Below, one piece after another: positions 28,501 through 43,614 of a stretch of DNA of 64,000 bases. Within the stretch, counting starts at the first letter, position 1; each line of letters begins with the position of its first letter. A program made the translations under genes and the position numbers. The notes below the pieces were generated by a model. The model had not been told where the DNA came from, made no database searches, and worked only from the letters and a program-made list of their open reading frames with translations. This DNA comes from Eledone cirrhosa. Its lineage: Eukaryota. The stretch lies in contig OZ024742.1 of NCBI GenBank assembly GCA_964016885.1, positions 60,512,001 to 60,576,000 on the forward strand, in the 5' to 3' direction.

Positions 28501-31500
28501 TCCGGCAGAAATTAGAAATTGGAATAAATGCTCTGAAATAGCGATATATATGTGAATATAGACATAGAATATTCGAAAATATTCTGTATATTTATAATAA
28601 ACATTTTGAAGACCTAATCGCTATAGAATAGAATACGTCACGTATTACAATTAGATTCTCGATAAAAGCAAGGGAAGTAATCTACGCGTTTCATTCTTAT
28701 TAGAAATCTTCAGGACTACATATCCAGTGCTTTTATCGAGAATGACACAGCTAGAGACTTATAGAATACTTAGCTGTGTACAGGAACTGGTTTGAAAGAG
28801 CGGTTGCCGGTCCGGCAGAAATTAGAAATTGGAATAAATGCTCTGAAATAGCGATATATATGTGAATATAGACATAGAATATTCGAAAATATTCTGTATA
28901 TTTATAATAAACATTTTGAAGACCTAATCGCTATAGAATAGAATACGTCACGTATTACAATTAGATTCTCGATAAAAGCAAGGGAAGTAATCTACGCGTT
29001 TCATTCTTATTAGAAATCTTCAGGACTACATATCCAGTGCTTTTATCGAGAATGACACAGCTAGAGACTTATAGAATACTTAGCTGTGTATAGGAGCTGG
29101 TTTGAAAGAGCGGTTGCCGGTCCGGCAGAAATTAGAAATTGGAATAAATGCTCTGAAATAGCGATATATATGTGAATATAGACATAGAATATTCGAAAAT
29201 ATTCTGTATATTTATAATAAACATTTTGAAGACATAATCGCTATAGAATAGAATACGTCACGTATTACAATTAGATTCTCGATAAAAGCAAGGGAAGTAA
29301 TCTACGCGTTTCATTCTTATTAGAAATCTTCAGGACTACATATCCAGTGCTTTTATCGAGAATGACACAGCTAGAGACTTATAGAATACTTAGCTGTGTA
29401 CAGGAACTGGTTTGAAAGAGCGGTTGCCGGTCCGGCAGAAATTAGAAATTGGAATAAATGCTCTGAAATAGCGATATATATGTGAATATAGACATAGAAT
29501 ATTCGAAAATATTCTGTATATTTATAATAAACATTTTGAAGACCTAATCGCTATAGAATAGAATACGTCACGTATTACAATTAGATTCTCGATAAAAGCA
29601 AGGGAAGTAATCTACGCGTTTCATTCTTATTAGAAATCTTCAGGACTACATATCCAGTGCTTTTATCGAGAATGACACAGCTAGAGACTTATAGAATACT
29701 TAGCTGTGTACAGGAACTGGTTTGAAAGAGCGGTTGCCGGTCCGGCAGAAATTAGAAATTGGAATAAATGCTCTGAAATAGCGATATATATGTGAATATA
29801 GACATAGAATATTCGAAAATATTCTGTATATTTATAATAAACATTTTGAAGACCTAATCGCTATAGAATAGAATACGTCACGTATTACAATTAGATTCTC
29901 GATAAAAGCAAGGGAAGTAATCTACGCGTTTCATTCTTATTAGAAATCTTCAGGACTACATATCCAGTGCTTTTATCGAGAATGACACAGCTAGAGACTT
30001 ATAGAATACTTAGCTGTGTACAGGAACTGGTTTGAAAGAGCGGTTGCCGGTCCGGCAGAAATTAGAAATTGGAATAAATGCTCTGAAATAGCGATATATA
30101 TGTGAATATAGACATAGAATATTCGAAAATATTCTGTATATTTATAATAAACATTTTGAAGACCTAATCGCTATAGAATAGAATACGTCACGTATTACAA
30201 TTAGATTCTCGATAAAAGCAAGGGAAGTAATCTACGCGTTTCATTCTTATTAGAAATCTTCAGGACTACATATCCAGTGCTTTTATCGAGAATGACACAG
30301 CTAGAGACTTATAGAATACTTAGCTGTGTACAGGAACTGGTTTGAAAGAGCGGTTGCCGGTCCGGCAGAAATTAGAAATTGGAATAAATGCTCTGAAATA
30401 GCGATATATATGTGAATATAGACATAGAATATTCGAAAATATTCTGTATATTTATAATAAACATTTTGAAGACCTAATCGCTATAGAATAGAATACGTCA
30501 CGTATTACAATTAGATTCTCGATAAAAGCAAGGGAAGTAATCTACGCGTTTCATTCTTATTAGAAATCTTCAGGACTACATATCCAGTGCTTTTATCGAG
30601 AATGACACAGCTAGAGACTTATAGAATACTTAGCTGTGTACAGGAACTGGTTTGAAAGAGCGGTTGCCGGTCCGGCAGAAATTAGAAATTGGAATAAATG
30701 CTCTGAAATAGCGATATATATGTGAATATAGACATAGAATATTCGAAAATATTCTGTATATTTATAATAAACATTTTGAAGACCTAATCGCTATAGAATA
30801 GAATACGTCACGTATTACAATTAGATTCTCGATAAAAGCAAGGGAAGTAATCTACGCGTTTCATTCTTATTAGAAATCTTCAGGACTACATATCCAGTGC
30901 TTTTATCGAGAATGACACAGCTAGAGACTTATAGAATACTTAGCTGTGTACAGGAACTGGTTTGAAAGAGCGGTTGCCGGTCCGGCAGAAATTAGAAATT
31001 GGAATAAATGCTCTGAAATAGCGATATATATGTGAATATAGACATAGAATATTCGAAAATATTCTGTATATTTATAATAAACATTTTGAAGACCTAATCG
31101 CTATAGAATAGAATACGTCACGTATTACAATTAGATTCTCGATAAAAGCAAGGGAAGTAATCTACGCGTTTCATTCTTATTAGAAATCTTCAGGACTACA
31201 TATCCAGTGCTTTTATCGAGAATGACACAGCTAGAGACTTATAGAATACTTAGCTGTGTACAGGAGCTGGTTTGAAAGAGCGGTTGCCGGTCCGGCAGAA
31301 ATTAGAAATTGGAATAAATGCTCTGAAATAGCGATATATATGTGAATATAGACATAGAATATTCGAAAATATTCTGTATATTTATAATAAACATTTTGAA
31401 GACCTAATCGCTATAGAATAGAATACGTCACGTATTACAATTAGATTCTCGATAAAAGCAAGGGAAGTAATCTACGCGTTTCATTCTTATTAGAAATCTT

Positions 31501-34500
31501 CAGGACTACATATCCAGTGCTTTTATCGAGAATGACACAGCTAGAGACTTATAGAATACTTAGCTGTGTACAGGAACTGGTTTGAAAGAGCGGTTGCCGG
31601 TCCGGCAGAAATTAGAAATTGGAATAAATGCTCTGAAATAGCGATATATATGTGAATATAGACATAGAATATTCGAAAATATTCTGTATATTTATAATAA
31701 ACATTTTGAAGACCTAATCGCTATAGAATAGAATACGTCACGTATTACAATTAGATTCTCGATAAAAGCAAGGGAAGTAATCTACGCGTTTCATTCTTAT
31801 TAGAAATCTTCAGGACTACATATCCAGTGCTTTTATCGAGAATGACACAGCTAGAGACTTATAGAATACTTAGCTGTGTACAGGAACTGGTTTGAAAGAG
31901 CGGTTGCCGGTCCGGCAGAAATTAGAAATTGGAATAAATGCTCTGAAATAGCGATATATATGTGAATATAGACATAGAATATTCGAAAATATTCTGTATA
32001 TTTATAATAAACATTTTGAAGACCTAATCGCTATAGAATAGAATACGTCACGTATTACAATTAGATTCTCGATAAAAGCAAGGGAAGTAATCTACGCGTT
32101 TCATTCTTATTAGAAATCTTCAGGACTACATATCCAGTGCTTTTATCGAGAATGACACAGCTAGAGACTTATAGAATACTTAGCTGTGTACAGGAACTGG
32201 TTTGAAAGAGCGGTTGCCGGTCCGGCAGAAATTAGAAATTGGAATAAATGCTCTGAAATAGCGATATATATGTGAATATAGACATAGAATATTCGAAAAT
32301 ATTCTGTATATTTATAATAAACATTTTGAAGACCTAATCGCTATAGAATAGAATACGTCACGTATTACAATTAGATTCTCGATAAAAGCAAGGGAAGTAA
32401 TCTACGCGTTTCATTCTTATTAGAAATCTTCAGGACTACATATCCAGTGCTTTTATCGAGAATGACACAGCTAGAGACTTATAGAATACTTAGCTGTGTA
32501 CAGGAACTGGTTTGAAAGAGCGGTTGCCGGTCCGGCAGAAATTAGAAATTGGAATAAATGCTCTGAAATAGCGATATATATGTGAATATAGACATAGAAT
32601 ATTCGAAAATATTCTGTATATTTATAATAAACATTTTGAAGACCTAATCGCTATAGAATAGAATACGTCACGTATTACAATTAGATTCTCGATAAAAGCA
32701 AGGGAAGTAATCTACGCGTTTCATTCTTATTAGAAATCTTCAGGACTACATATCCAGTGCTTTTATCGAGAATGACACAGCTAGAGACTTATAGAATACT
32801 TAGCTGTGTACAGGAACTGGTTTGAAAGAGCGGTTGCCGGTCCGGCAGAAATTAGAAATTGGAATAAATGCTCTGAAATAGCGATATATATGTGAATATA
32901 GACATAGAATATTCGAAAATATTCTGTATATTTATAATAAACATTTTGAAGACCTAATCGCTATAGAATAGAATACGTCACGTATTACAATTAGATTCTC
33001 GATAAAAGCAAGGGAAGTAATCTACGCGTTTCATTCTTATTAGAAATCTTCAGGACTACATATCCAGTGCTTTTATCGAGAATGACACAGCTAGAGACTT
33101 ATAGAATACTTAGCTGTGTACAGGAACTGGTTTGAAAGAGCGGTTGCCGGTCCGGCAGAAATTAGAAATTGGAATAAATGCTCTGAAATAGCGATATATA
33201 TGTGAATATAGACATAGAATATTCGAAAATATTCTGTATATTTATAATAAACATTTTGAAGACCTAATCGCTATAGAATAGAATACGTCACGTATTACAA
33301 TTAGATTCTCGATAAAAGCAAGGGAAGTAATCTACGCGTTTCATTCTTATTAGAAATCTTCAGGACTACATATCCAGTGCTTTTATCGAGAATGACACAG
33401 CTAGAGACTTATAGAATACTTAGCTGTGTACAGGAACTGGTTTGAAAGAGCGGTTGCCGGTCCGGCAGAAATTAGAAATTGGAATAAATGCTCTGAAATA
33501 GCGATATATATGTGAATATAGACATAGAATATTCGAAAATATTCTGTATATTTATAATAAACATTTTGAAGACCTAATCGCTATAGAATAGAATACGTCA
33601 CGTATTACAATTAGATTCTCGATAAAAGCAAGGGAAGTAATCTACGCGTTTCATTCTTATTAGAAATCTTCAGGACTACATATCCAGTGCTTTTATCGAG
33701 AATGACACAGCTAGAGACTTATAGAATACTTAGCTGTGTACAGGAGCTGGTTTGAAAGAGCGGTTGCCGGTCCGGCAGAAATTAGAAATTGGAATAAATG
33801 CTCTGAAATAGCGATATATATGTGAATATAGACATAGAATATTCGAAAATATTCTGTATATTTATAATAAACATTTTGAAGACCTAATCGCTATAGAATA
33901 GAATACGTCACGTATTACAATTAGATTCTCGATAAAAGCAAGGGAAGTAATCTACGCGTTTCATTCTTATTAGAAATCTTCAGGACTACATATCCAGTGC
34001 TTTTATCGAGAATGACACAGCTAGAGACTTATAGAATACTTAGCTGTGTACAGGAACTGGTTTGAAAGAGCGGTTGCCGGTCCGGCAGAAATTAGAAATT
34101 GGAATAAATGCTCTGAAATAGCGATATATATGTGAATATAGACATAGAATATTCGAAAATATTCTGTATATTTATAATAAACATTTTGAAGACCTAATCG
34201 CTATAGAATAGAATACGTCACGTATTACAATTAGATTCTCGATAAAAGCAAGGGAAGTAATCTACGCGTTTCATTCTTATTAGAAATCTTCAGGACTACA
34301 TATCCAGTGCTTTTATCGAGAATGACACAGCTAGAGACTTATAGAATACTTAGCTGTGTACAGGAACTGGTTTGAAAGAGCGGTTGCCGGTCCGGCAGAA
34401 ATTAGAAATTGGAATAAATGCTCTGAAATAGCGATATATATGTGAATATAGACATAGAATATTCGAAAATATTCTGTATATTTATAATAAACATTTTGAA

Positions 34501-36483
34501 GACCTAATCGCTATAGAATAGAATACGTCACGTATTACAATTAGATTCTCGATAAAAGCAAGGGAAGTAATCTACGCGTTTCATTCTTATTAGAAATCTT
34601 CAGGACTACATATCCAGTGCTTTTATCGAGAATGACACAGCTAGAGACTTATAGAATACTTAGCTGTGTACAGGAACTGGTTTGAAAGAGCGGTTGCCGG
34701 TCCGGCAGAAATTAGAAATTGGAATAAATGCTCTGAAATAGCGATATATATGTGAATATAGACATAGAATATTCGAAAATATTCTGTATATTTATAATAA
34801 ACATTTTGAAGACCTAATCGCTATAGAATAGAATACGTCACGTATTACAATTAGATTCTCGATAAAAGCAAGGGAAGTAATCTACGCGTTTCATTCTTAT
34901 TAGAAATCTTCAGGACTACATATCCAGTGCTTTTATCGAGAATGACACAGCTAGAGACTTATAGAATACTTAGCTGTGTACAGGAACTGGTTTGAAAGAG
35001 CGGTTGCCGGTCCGGCAGAAATTAGAAATTGGAATAAATGCTCTGAAATAGCGATATATATGTGAATATAGACATAGAATATTCGAAAATATTCTGTATA
35101 TTTATAATAAACATTTTGAAGACCTAATCGCTATAGAATAGAATACGTCACGTATTACAATTAGATTCTCGATAAAAGCAAGGGAAGTAATCTACGCGTT
35201 TCATTCTTATTAGAAATCTTCAGGACTACATATCCAGTGCTTTTATCGAGAATGACACAGCTAGAGACTTATAGAATACTTAGCTGTGTACAGGAACTGG
35301 TTTGAAAGAGCGGTTGCCGGTCCGGCAGAAATTAGAAATTGGAATAAATGCTCTGAAATAGCGATATATATGTGAATATAGACATAGAATATTCGAAAAT
35401 ATTCTGTATATTTATAATAAACATTTTGAAGACCTAATCGCTATAGAATAGAATACGTCACGTATTACAATTAGATTCTCGATAAAAGCAAGGGAAGTAA
35501 TCTACGCGTTTCATTCTTATTAGAAATCTTCAGGACTACATATCCAGTGCTTTTATCGAGAATGACACAGCTAGAGACTTATAGAATACTTAGCTGTGTA
35601 CAGGAACTGGTTTGAAAGAGCGGTTGCCGGTCCGGCAGAAATTAGAAATTGGAATAAATGCTCTGAAATAGCGATATATATGTGAATATAGACATAGAAT
35701 ATTCGAAAATATTCTGTATATTTATAATAAACATTTTGAAGACCTAATCGCTATAGAATAGAATACGTCACGTATTACAATTAGATTCTCGATAAAAGCA
35801 AGGGAAGTAATCTACGCGTTTCATTCTTATTAGAAATCTTCAGGACTACATATCCAGTGCTTTTATCGAGAATGACACAGCTAGAGACTTATAGAATACT
35901 TAGCTGTGTACAGGAACTGGTTTGAAAGAGCGGTTGCCGGTCCGGCAGAAATTAGAAATTGGAATAAATGCTCTGAAATAGCGATATATATGTGAATATA
36001 GACATAGAATATTCGAAAATATTCTGTATATTTATAATAAACATTTTGAAGACCTAATCGCTATAGAATAGAATACGTCACGTATTACAATTAGATTCTC
36101 GATAAAAGCAAGGGAAGTAATCTACGCGTTTCATTCTTATTAGAAATCTTCAGGACTACATATCCAGTGCTTTTATCGAGAATGACACAGCTAGAGACTT
36201 ATAGAATACTTAGCTGTGTACAGGAACTGGTTTGAAAGAGCGGTTGCCGGTCCGGCAGAAATTAGAAATTGGAATAAATGCTCTGAAATAGCGATATATA
36301 TGTGAATATAGACATAGAATATTCGAAAATATTCTGTATATTTATAATAAACATTTTGAAGACCTAATCGCTATAGAATAGAATACGTCACGTATTACAA
36401 TTAGATTCTCGATAAAAGCAAGGGAAGTAATCTACGCGTTTCATTCTTATTAGAAATCTTCAGGACTACATATCCAGTGCTTT
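19561..36483 (-). repeat. Tandem array of a 310-bp unit (54 full plus 1 partial), hammerhead-bearing satellite / non-LTR retrozyme
   Basis: Unit starts at 19561, 19871, 20181 and so on. One 309-bp unit (1-bp deletion near 22898); last start at 36300. Units differ at only a handful of positions. Each has an HHR on minus. Both ends abut (TA)n. Confidence 0.95.
19688..19730 (-). ncRNA. Type I minimal hammerhead ribozyme, first of 55 copies (last at 36427-36469)
   Basis: Minus: GUAGUC-CUGAAGA-U UUCU AAUA AGAA U-GAA ACGCGU A^GAUUAC. 6-bp stem I, 4-bp stem II, palindromic stem III. Predicted cleavage between 19694 and 19693. Stem I is extended by GGA/UCC and a perfect 16-bp IR (19666-19681/19739-19754). 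Confidence 0.9.
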
Positions 36484-36536
36484 ATATATATAAACAATTG
36501 TTCTCGGTATGGTGAACTAACTGTTGTGATACTAAT

Positions 36537-36605
<69 letters not shown>

Positions 36606-36632
36606 GGAAGTAGTATCACAACAGTTAGTTCA

Positions 36633-36688
36633 CCATACCGAGAACAATTGTTTCACCTTAGCGGATCTTCAGCTCGGACTGGTCATGG
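36633..36688 (-). ncRNA. Type I hammerhead ribozyme in inverted pLTR (GUU triplet)
   Basis: Minus: ccatg accagt CCGAG-CTGAAGA-t cc gctaa gg t-GAA ACAATTGT T-CTCGG tatgg. Confidence 0.8.
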
Positions 36689-38104
36689 ATAAACGGAACA
36701 GGAAGAACAACCGTACGTACGCGCATGCGCATATCCAGGCACTTCACCCAAGCGATACAAAGCCACGGGCGAAAGGTGTAAGGGAGATAACTGCGAAAGT
36801 TCTGAAAAGATGTTCGAGTTGAATAGAAAATTAGAATGTTGTTGTTATTCAATCCAGAGCTTTGTAGTTATGCAAGAGGTGTTTCTAGACATGTGGACAA
36901 CGGGAGAAGATTTCATATCTTGAATTTAGGCAATCGGTATTGCGTATTCTCCTTAGAATATTTATTATTATATTATTATATTATTATATTTCTTCAATAA
37001 ACAGTCCGCAAGACGGATTGCCCGCCCCTTGCGTATGGCTTGGACTTGGTGATGACTTTCCATTGAATGGAATAGTCTATACCTGAGTCCTTGGGGGACC
37101 ATACGAGTCTCACGAGTTTCGTGGATGATCGTTTTTCCGGATACCTAAAGGTCGACTGATGGTTCAGGAAGCGTTCCTTAAATCGGCCCTCCGCTATACT
37201 CACATAGCATTTGACCTCCGGCGTCAGCTAACAGCGGCTTCTCACAACCAAATACTTACTCCCCCACTAACAACAACAGCAATAAAAAAAGAAATCGTAA
37301 CATTAGACAAACTATCTTGTTCTCTCCTTCCTTCTCAACCAACGTTAAAACTAATGTAGGAAAAAGATTTTTAGCCCTCTTAGATACACACTTTCCCATA
37401 CGTCATAAATACCGCTCCATCTTTAACAGACACAGAGTAAAACAAGGGTATCCCTGTGATATGAAGGCCCACATAACCAACAATCCTAAGAGAGGCACCC
37501 CACCAGGATGCTCTTGCCGAAAGCCAGAAGATTGTCCCCTTCAACAGCAATGCAACGTACCCGCTGTAGTTTATGAAGCTGTGGTTTCCAACCGACCAAA
37601 CCGACCACAGGAGGTCAAATACTCTGTGGGTATGGCAGAGGGCCGATTTAAGGAACACTTCCTGAACCATCAGTCGACCTTTAGGTACCCGGACAAACGA
37701 TCATCCACGAAACTCGCGAGCCATGTATGGTCCCTCAAGGACTCAGGTGTAGATTACTCCATTCAATAGAAAGCCATCACTAAGTCCAAGCCATACGCAA
37801 GGGGCAATCGGTCTTGTGGACTGTGTATTGAAGAAAGGATAAATATTCTAAGGAGATTACGCAATAGCGATTGCTTAAATTCAAGATTTGAAATCTTCTC
37901 ACGTTGTCCACATGTCTGGAAACACCTCTTGCATAACTACAAAGCTCCGGATTGAATAACAACATTCTAATCAACTCGAACATCTTTTCCGGACTTTCGC
38001 AATTACCTCCTTTATGCATTTCGCCCGTGGCTTTGTATCGCTTGGGTGAAATGACCGTTTCTGTGTATGCGCGATCGTACGGTTGTTCTTCTTGTTCCGT
38101 TTAA

Positions 38105-38160
38105 CCATGACCAGTCCGAGCTGAAGATCCGCTAAGATGAAACAATTATTTTGGGTATGG
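38105..38160 (+). ncRNA. Mutated copy of the same PLE hammerhead in the 3' pLTR
   Basis: ccgag-CTGAAGA-tccgctaagat-GAAACAATTATT-ttggg. Stems II, III and I carry substitutions. Confidence 0.65.
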
Positions 38161-38247
38161 AAAACTAACTGTTGTGTTACTACTTCTACTAAAACTCGTC
38201 CCATGGACTGAGTTCTCTACCACTACGGATATTACCTTCCAGTGTTC

Positions 38248-38345
<98 letters not shown>

Positions 38346-38392
38346 CAATATTAATAAATGGAGAATATCTTTACAAAGCCATATTTATTTTT

Positions 38393-38451
38393 ATTTTATT
38401 ATACGTATTTCACGGGTACTAATATTTAAGTACGCTTTCATCAGATAAAAT
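38393..38451 (-). ncRNA. Type I hammerhead ribozyme, 3' pLTR
   Basis: Minus: ATTTTAT-CTGATGA-aagcgtact..agtacccgt-GAAA TACGTA TA-ATAAAAT. Base of stem II is imperfect. Confidence 0.75.
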
Positions 38452-38617
38452 ATAATATTTGGTGTTAAGATAGTGACATTTCTTCATGTGAACCTATTGG
38501 TATAAGCAAAATGAAGATAGTGATTGAAAAATTCAAAACTCAGGTATATATGTTAATAAGGATACGTTAAAAACAGAAAAAAGCCGTTGGTTATGTGATG
38601 GTATATACATCCTATTT

Positions 38618-38677
<60 letters not shown>

Positions 38678-38892
38678 GAGTGTATTTATATTTAGCATAT
38701 ATTTTAATACTATGAATGTAATTATAATATTTACATGAGAAATATAATGTATTGTAGTATATAATGTAGTGTAGTATATTATAAGCCATTACTGTATATC
38801 GTTAATTAAAATAATATATAATTATTCAGTACATCAGTGATTATGCGTGAATATACATCGTATTTAAGTGTGTATATATATCTATATATCTA

Positions 38893-38976
<84 letters not shown>

Positions 38977-39549
38977 GATCTATAAATGAACGTAAGTGAG
39001 ATCAAGTATCTAAATATATGTATTTTTTACATATATTTAAAAAAGTGAAACTAATTATATTTCTTATGAAACATGTACAGTATTATGATGCAATCTGTTT
39101 TTATATATGGTTAGTAATATAATATTTAAACAGTTATGTAAGTTGAAATATATCGTATATATGAATTTTGACTGTGTAAACAAGAAAAAATTTGGGAGAT
39201 AAATCTAAGATTAAGTATTTTAAGGAATGTATTGCCTGTTTGCTTACGATAAACATTTAATAATATATTGTTTCATCTAATGTTTACCATAATTATTAAT
39301 AATAATTTATATTATAATTTATATAAGATTCTAGAGCACCATATAGTAAATATGGTTTTGATAATAGTATTTTAGAATTGTATAAGAAATGTTTTAATGT
39401 ATTAAATTTAAATGTAATTGTATTTATATTGTAAATAGGCAACTTATATAGATCATAATATAGTAGGTACTATAAATTATAAACATCGTGAAATGTCTTG
39501 GAGAAACGATGCAAACAAGAATTAAATATTTCCTTTTTTTTGTTGTTAA

Positions 39550-39730
39550 TAATTGTTTCTACTTTTTGGCACAAGGCCAGCAATTATCCCAGTACATTAC
39601 TGGTACTTTATTTTATCGACCCCGTAAGGATGAAAGGCAAAGTTAGCCTCGGCGGGAATTGAACTCAGATCGTAAAGGGACATAACTATGATGGAAAGCA
39701 TAATCCAACCCTCTACCGATACTGCCAATC
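39550..39730 (-). mobile_element. tRNA-derived SINE
   Basis: Full-length reverse-complement copy of the SINE family. Confidence 0.85.
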
Positions 39731-40832
39731 ATGATATGAAATATTTCTTCAGTACAAAGATGACAAATTCGTGAAAATGCTGAATTTTGGTAAACCGGAG
39801 CGTTTGTAATTTTTCTCCAAGAGATTGAATAGTCAGTGTTATTGTCCTTTAAAGACCGAACTAGTTGTGATACTGAGGTTGAGAATTTTTTAAACGATCG
39901 TTTAAAAGTATATTTGTAATTATTTCAACGCTCCTTAAATTTTGAAGAAGTTGCTCCTATATAGTTATACAGCCTATCCCTAGTTTTAATGGTGCATTTA
40001 TATACTAAATTTCTATCTAGGCAATTATTCTGTAGTGGGCAAAAGATGTTATTCCTGCAATTACATTTTCTTATATTGTTATTTGAAGATACCATATTAT
40101 TATTCATGTACACGCTATTATTATTATACCTAATGCTATTAATTATATTGTTATTATTATTTGGGTTTACTTCAGTTTGGTTTAATTTTAAATTTCTATT
40201 ATTAATTCTAGTAATATTATGGGCTACATTCATAGTTGTAGAGTAAGAGAGCTTGAGTGTAAGTCTGTTAGAAATGGAGTGGTAATTGTGGGACTTCGGA
40301 AAATATTTATCTAGAGCTTTAAAGAATTGGTATGCTAAAGGTGTCTTAATTCCTAAGGATATTGGAGGTGAACACCAAATTATACTTTTAGTTCTGACTT
40401 ATTTATTTAATTTATTATTTTGGTTAAGTGGTTTATTATTATAATATGTTTTAGGAGGTTGGTTTTTACTATTCCTATCTATGTAATTAATTTTATTAGT
40501 GTATCCAGCTCTGTGTAGACCGTCATTACAATATTCTACTTTGTTATCAAATATATTTTTTATTAGCTGAGAGTCTAGAGATTCTTTGCTGGACACTATT
40601 GACTATAGCTTTTTTAACGTTTCTAGGGTCGTTTGAGTAGAAGCTGACATAATTTAGGTTTTCATTAATCTTATAGAATAGGCCGGACTTAAGGTTTAAA
40701 GTAACATCTAAGAAATTAACAATTTTATTATCATTTTCTATTTCTAACTTAAGGTCGTAATTATTAAAGTAGTCTATAATAATTTTCTTTTTTCTGTTAA
40801 GTTCACTATCGTTATGTTCATCAAGTACGATA

Positions 40833-40914
<82 letters not shown>

Positions 40915-41869
40915 TAAAATAACAGATTAAAGTTTAAGCAAAGAATCGCTGCTTTCACCTTTAACGGGATCTTCTGAAACTCAATTAAATACAATACAGA
41001 AGTAATAGAAATAAATAAATACATACCCACTAACAAATATGTACATACACAAGCAAACGCAAAACACTTACCATAGGTATACAAAACCACGCACATATAA
41101 ATATGTGTGTGTGTGTATGCGTGTGTACAAATAAATAAATAATTAAAAAACGTATATAAATACGTATATAACAAGCGCACACACATACCTTCATGTAAAT
41201 ACACGAATGTTCGGAGACGTAAGTCAACCAAAACATGAAATACACATATACATACACCCTACATACGTACGAACCAGCATACTCACACAGACGCAAAACT
41301 CCCGTATACACATAGCCAAACCATATGTACCAGAATAAAAAAAATAAAAACATTTATACGCCATGACATAAACAATCTAATATACGTACGGGAAGGTATA
41401 CGTAACTCCACGAAACATACGGGTAAAATATACTTACCTATGCAAATAAGTAATTGTAGAAACAAAACATATACTTAGCTCCCACATCAAGACGTAAAAT
41501 ATCCACGTATAGATCGTACTATCCGTTAGGGTATAACGTGGGGCTGTAATACAGGAAGGTTTTGTGCAATTTATGTTTACAAGCCGAAATTGCCTCCGAC
41601 TTTTTGTTTAAGATGTGATGACGTATTATCTTCGTTTTTTTTCAGTTCATTGCCAGGGAACGTCTCCACGAACCACCTAAATAGAATATTAGTCCACGAC
41701 TTCATTTATACCATAAACGTGATTTTGTCTTTGCGTGTAATTGTTCTCCCGCTAAAATAATGACGTATTATCTTCGTTTTTTCCGTTCATCTCCACGAAC
41801 CAAAGTATCGTCTTCCTGTCTTCCTTCGGTTGCAACGTTTTTCGAAATATTTACTTCTGCGTTCACAGA

Positions 41870-43602
<1,733 letters not shown>

Positions 43603-43614
43603 CATACATACATA

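Larger units (their letters stand above)
36603..38250 (+). mobile_element. Penelope-like element 3' part (GIY-YIG, Hydra-like CxCx5C linker) with about 600-bp inverted 5' pLTR (36603-37214)
   Basis: FSPSFSTNVKTNVGKRFL..CSCRKPEDCPLQQQC..VVYEAVV..YSVGMAEGRFKEHFLNH..LASHVWSLKD on plus. 36603-37214 is the reverse complement of about 37615-38190. Confidence 0.9.
38340..40830 (-). mobile_element. 5'-truncated PLE (RT thumb, Hydra-like GIY-YIG, AT-rich tail) with nested SINE
   Basis: LKLEIENDNKIVNFLDVTLNL; KCNCRNNIFCPLQNNCLDRNLVYKCTI..YNYIGATSSKFKER. The tail ends in an HHR then (TA)n. Confidence 0.8.

Noticed and set aside
19561-36483. CRISPR array, 5S/tRNA/snRNA gene cluster, or coding repeat
   Set aside because: Units are wholly identical with no variable spacers. 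I see no 5S, tRNA or snRNA similarity. The ORF track has no ORF within the array. Context is eukaryotic.
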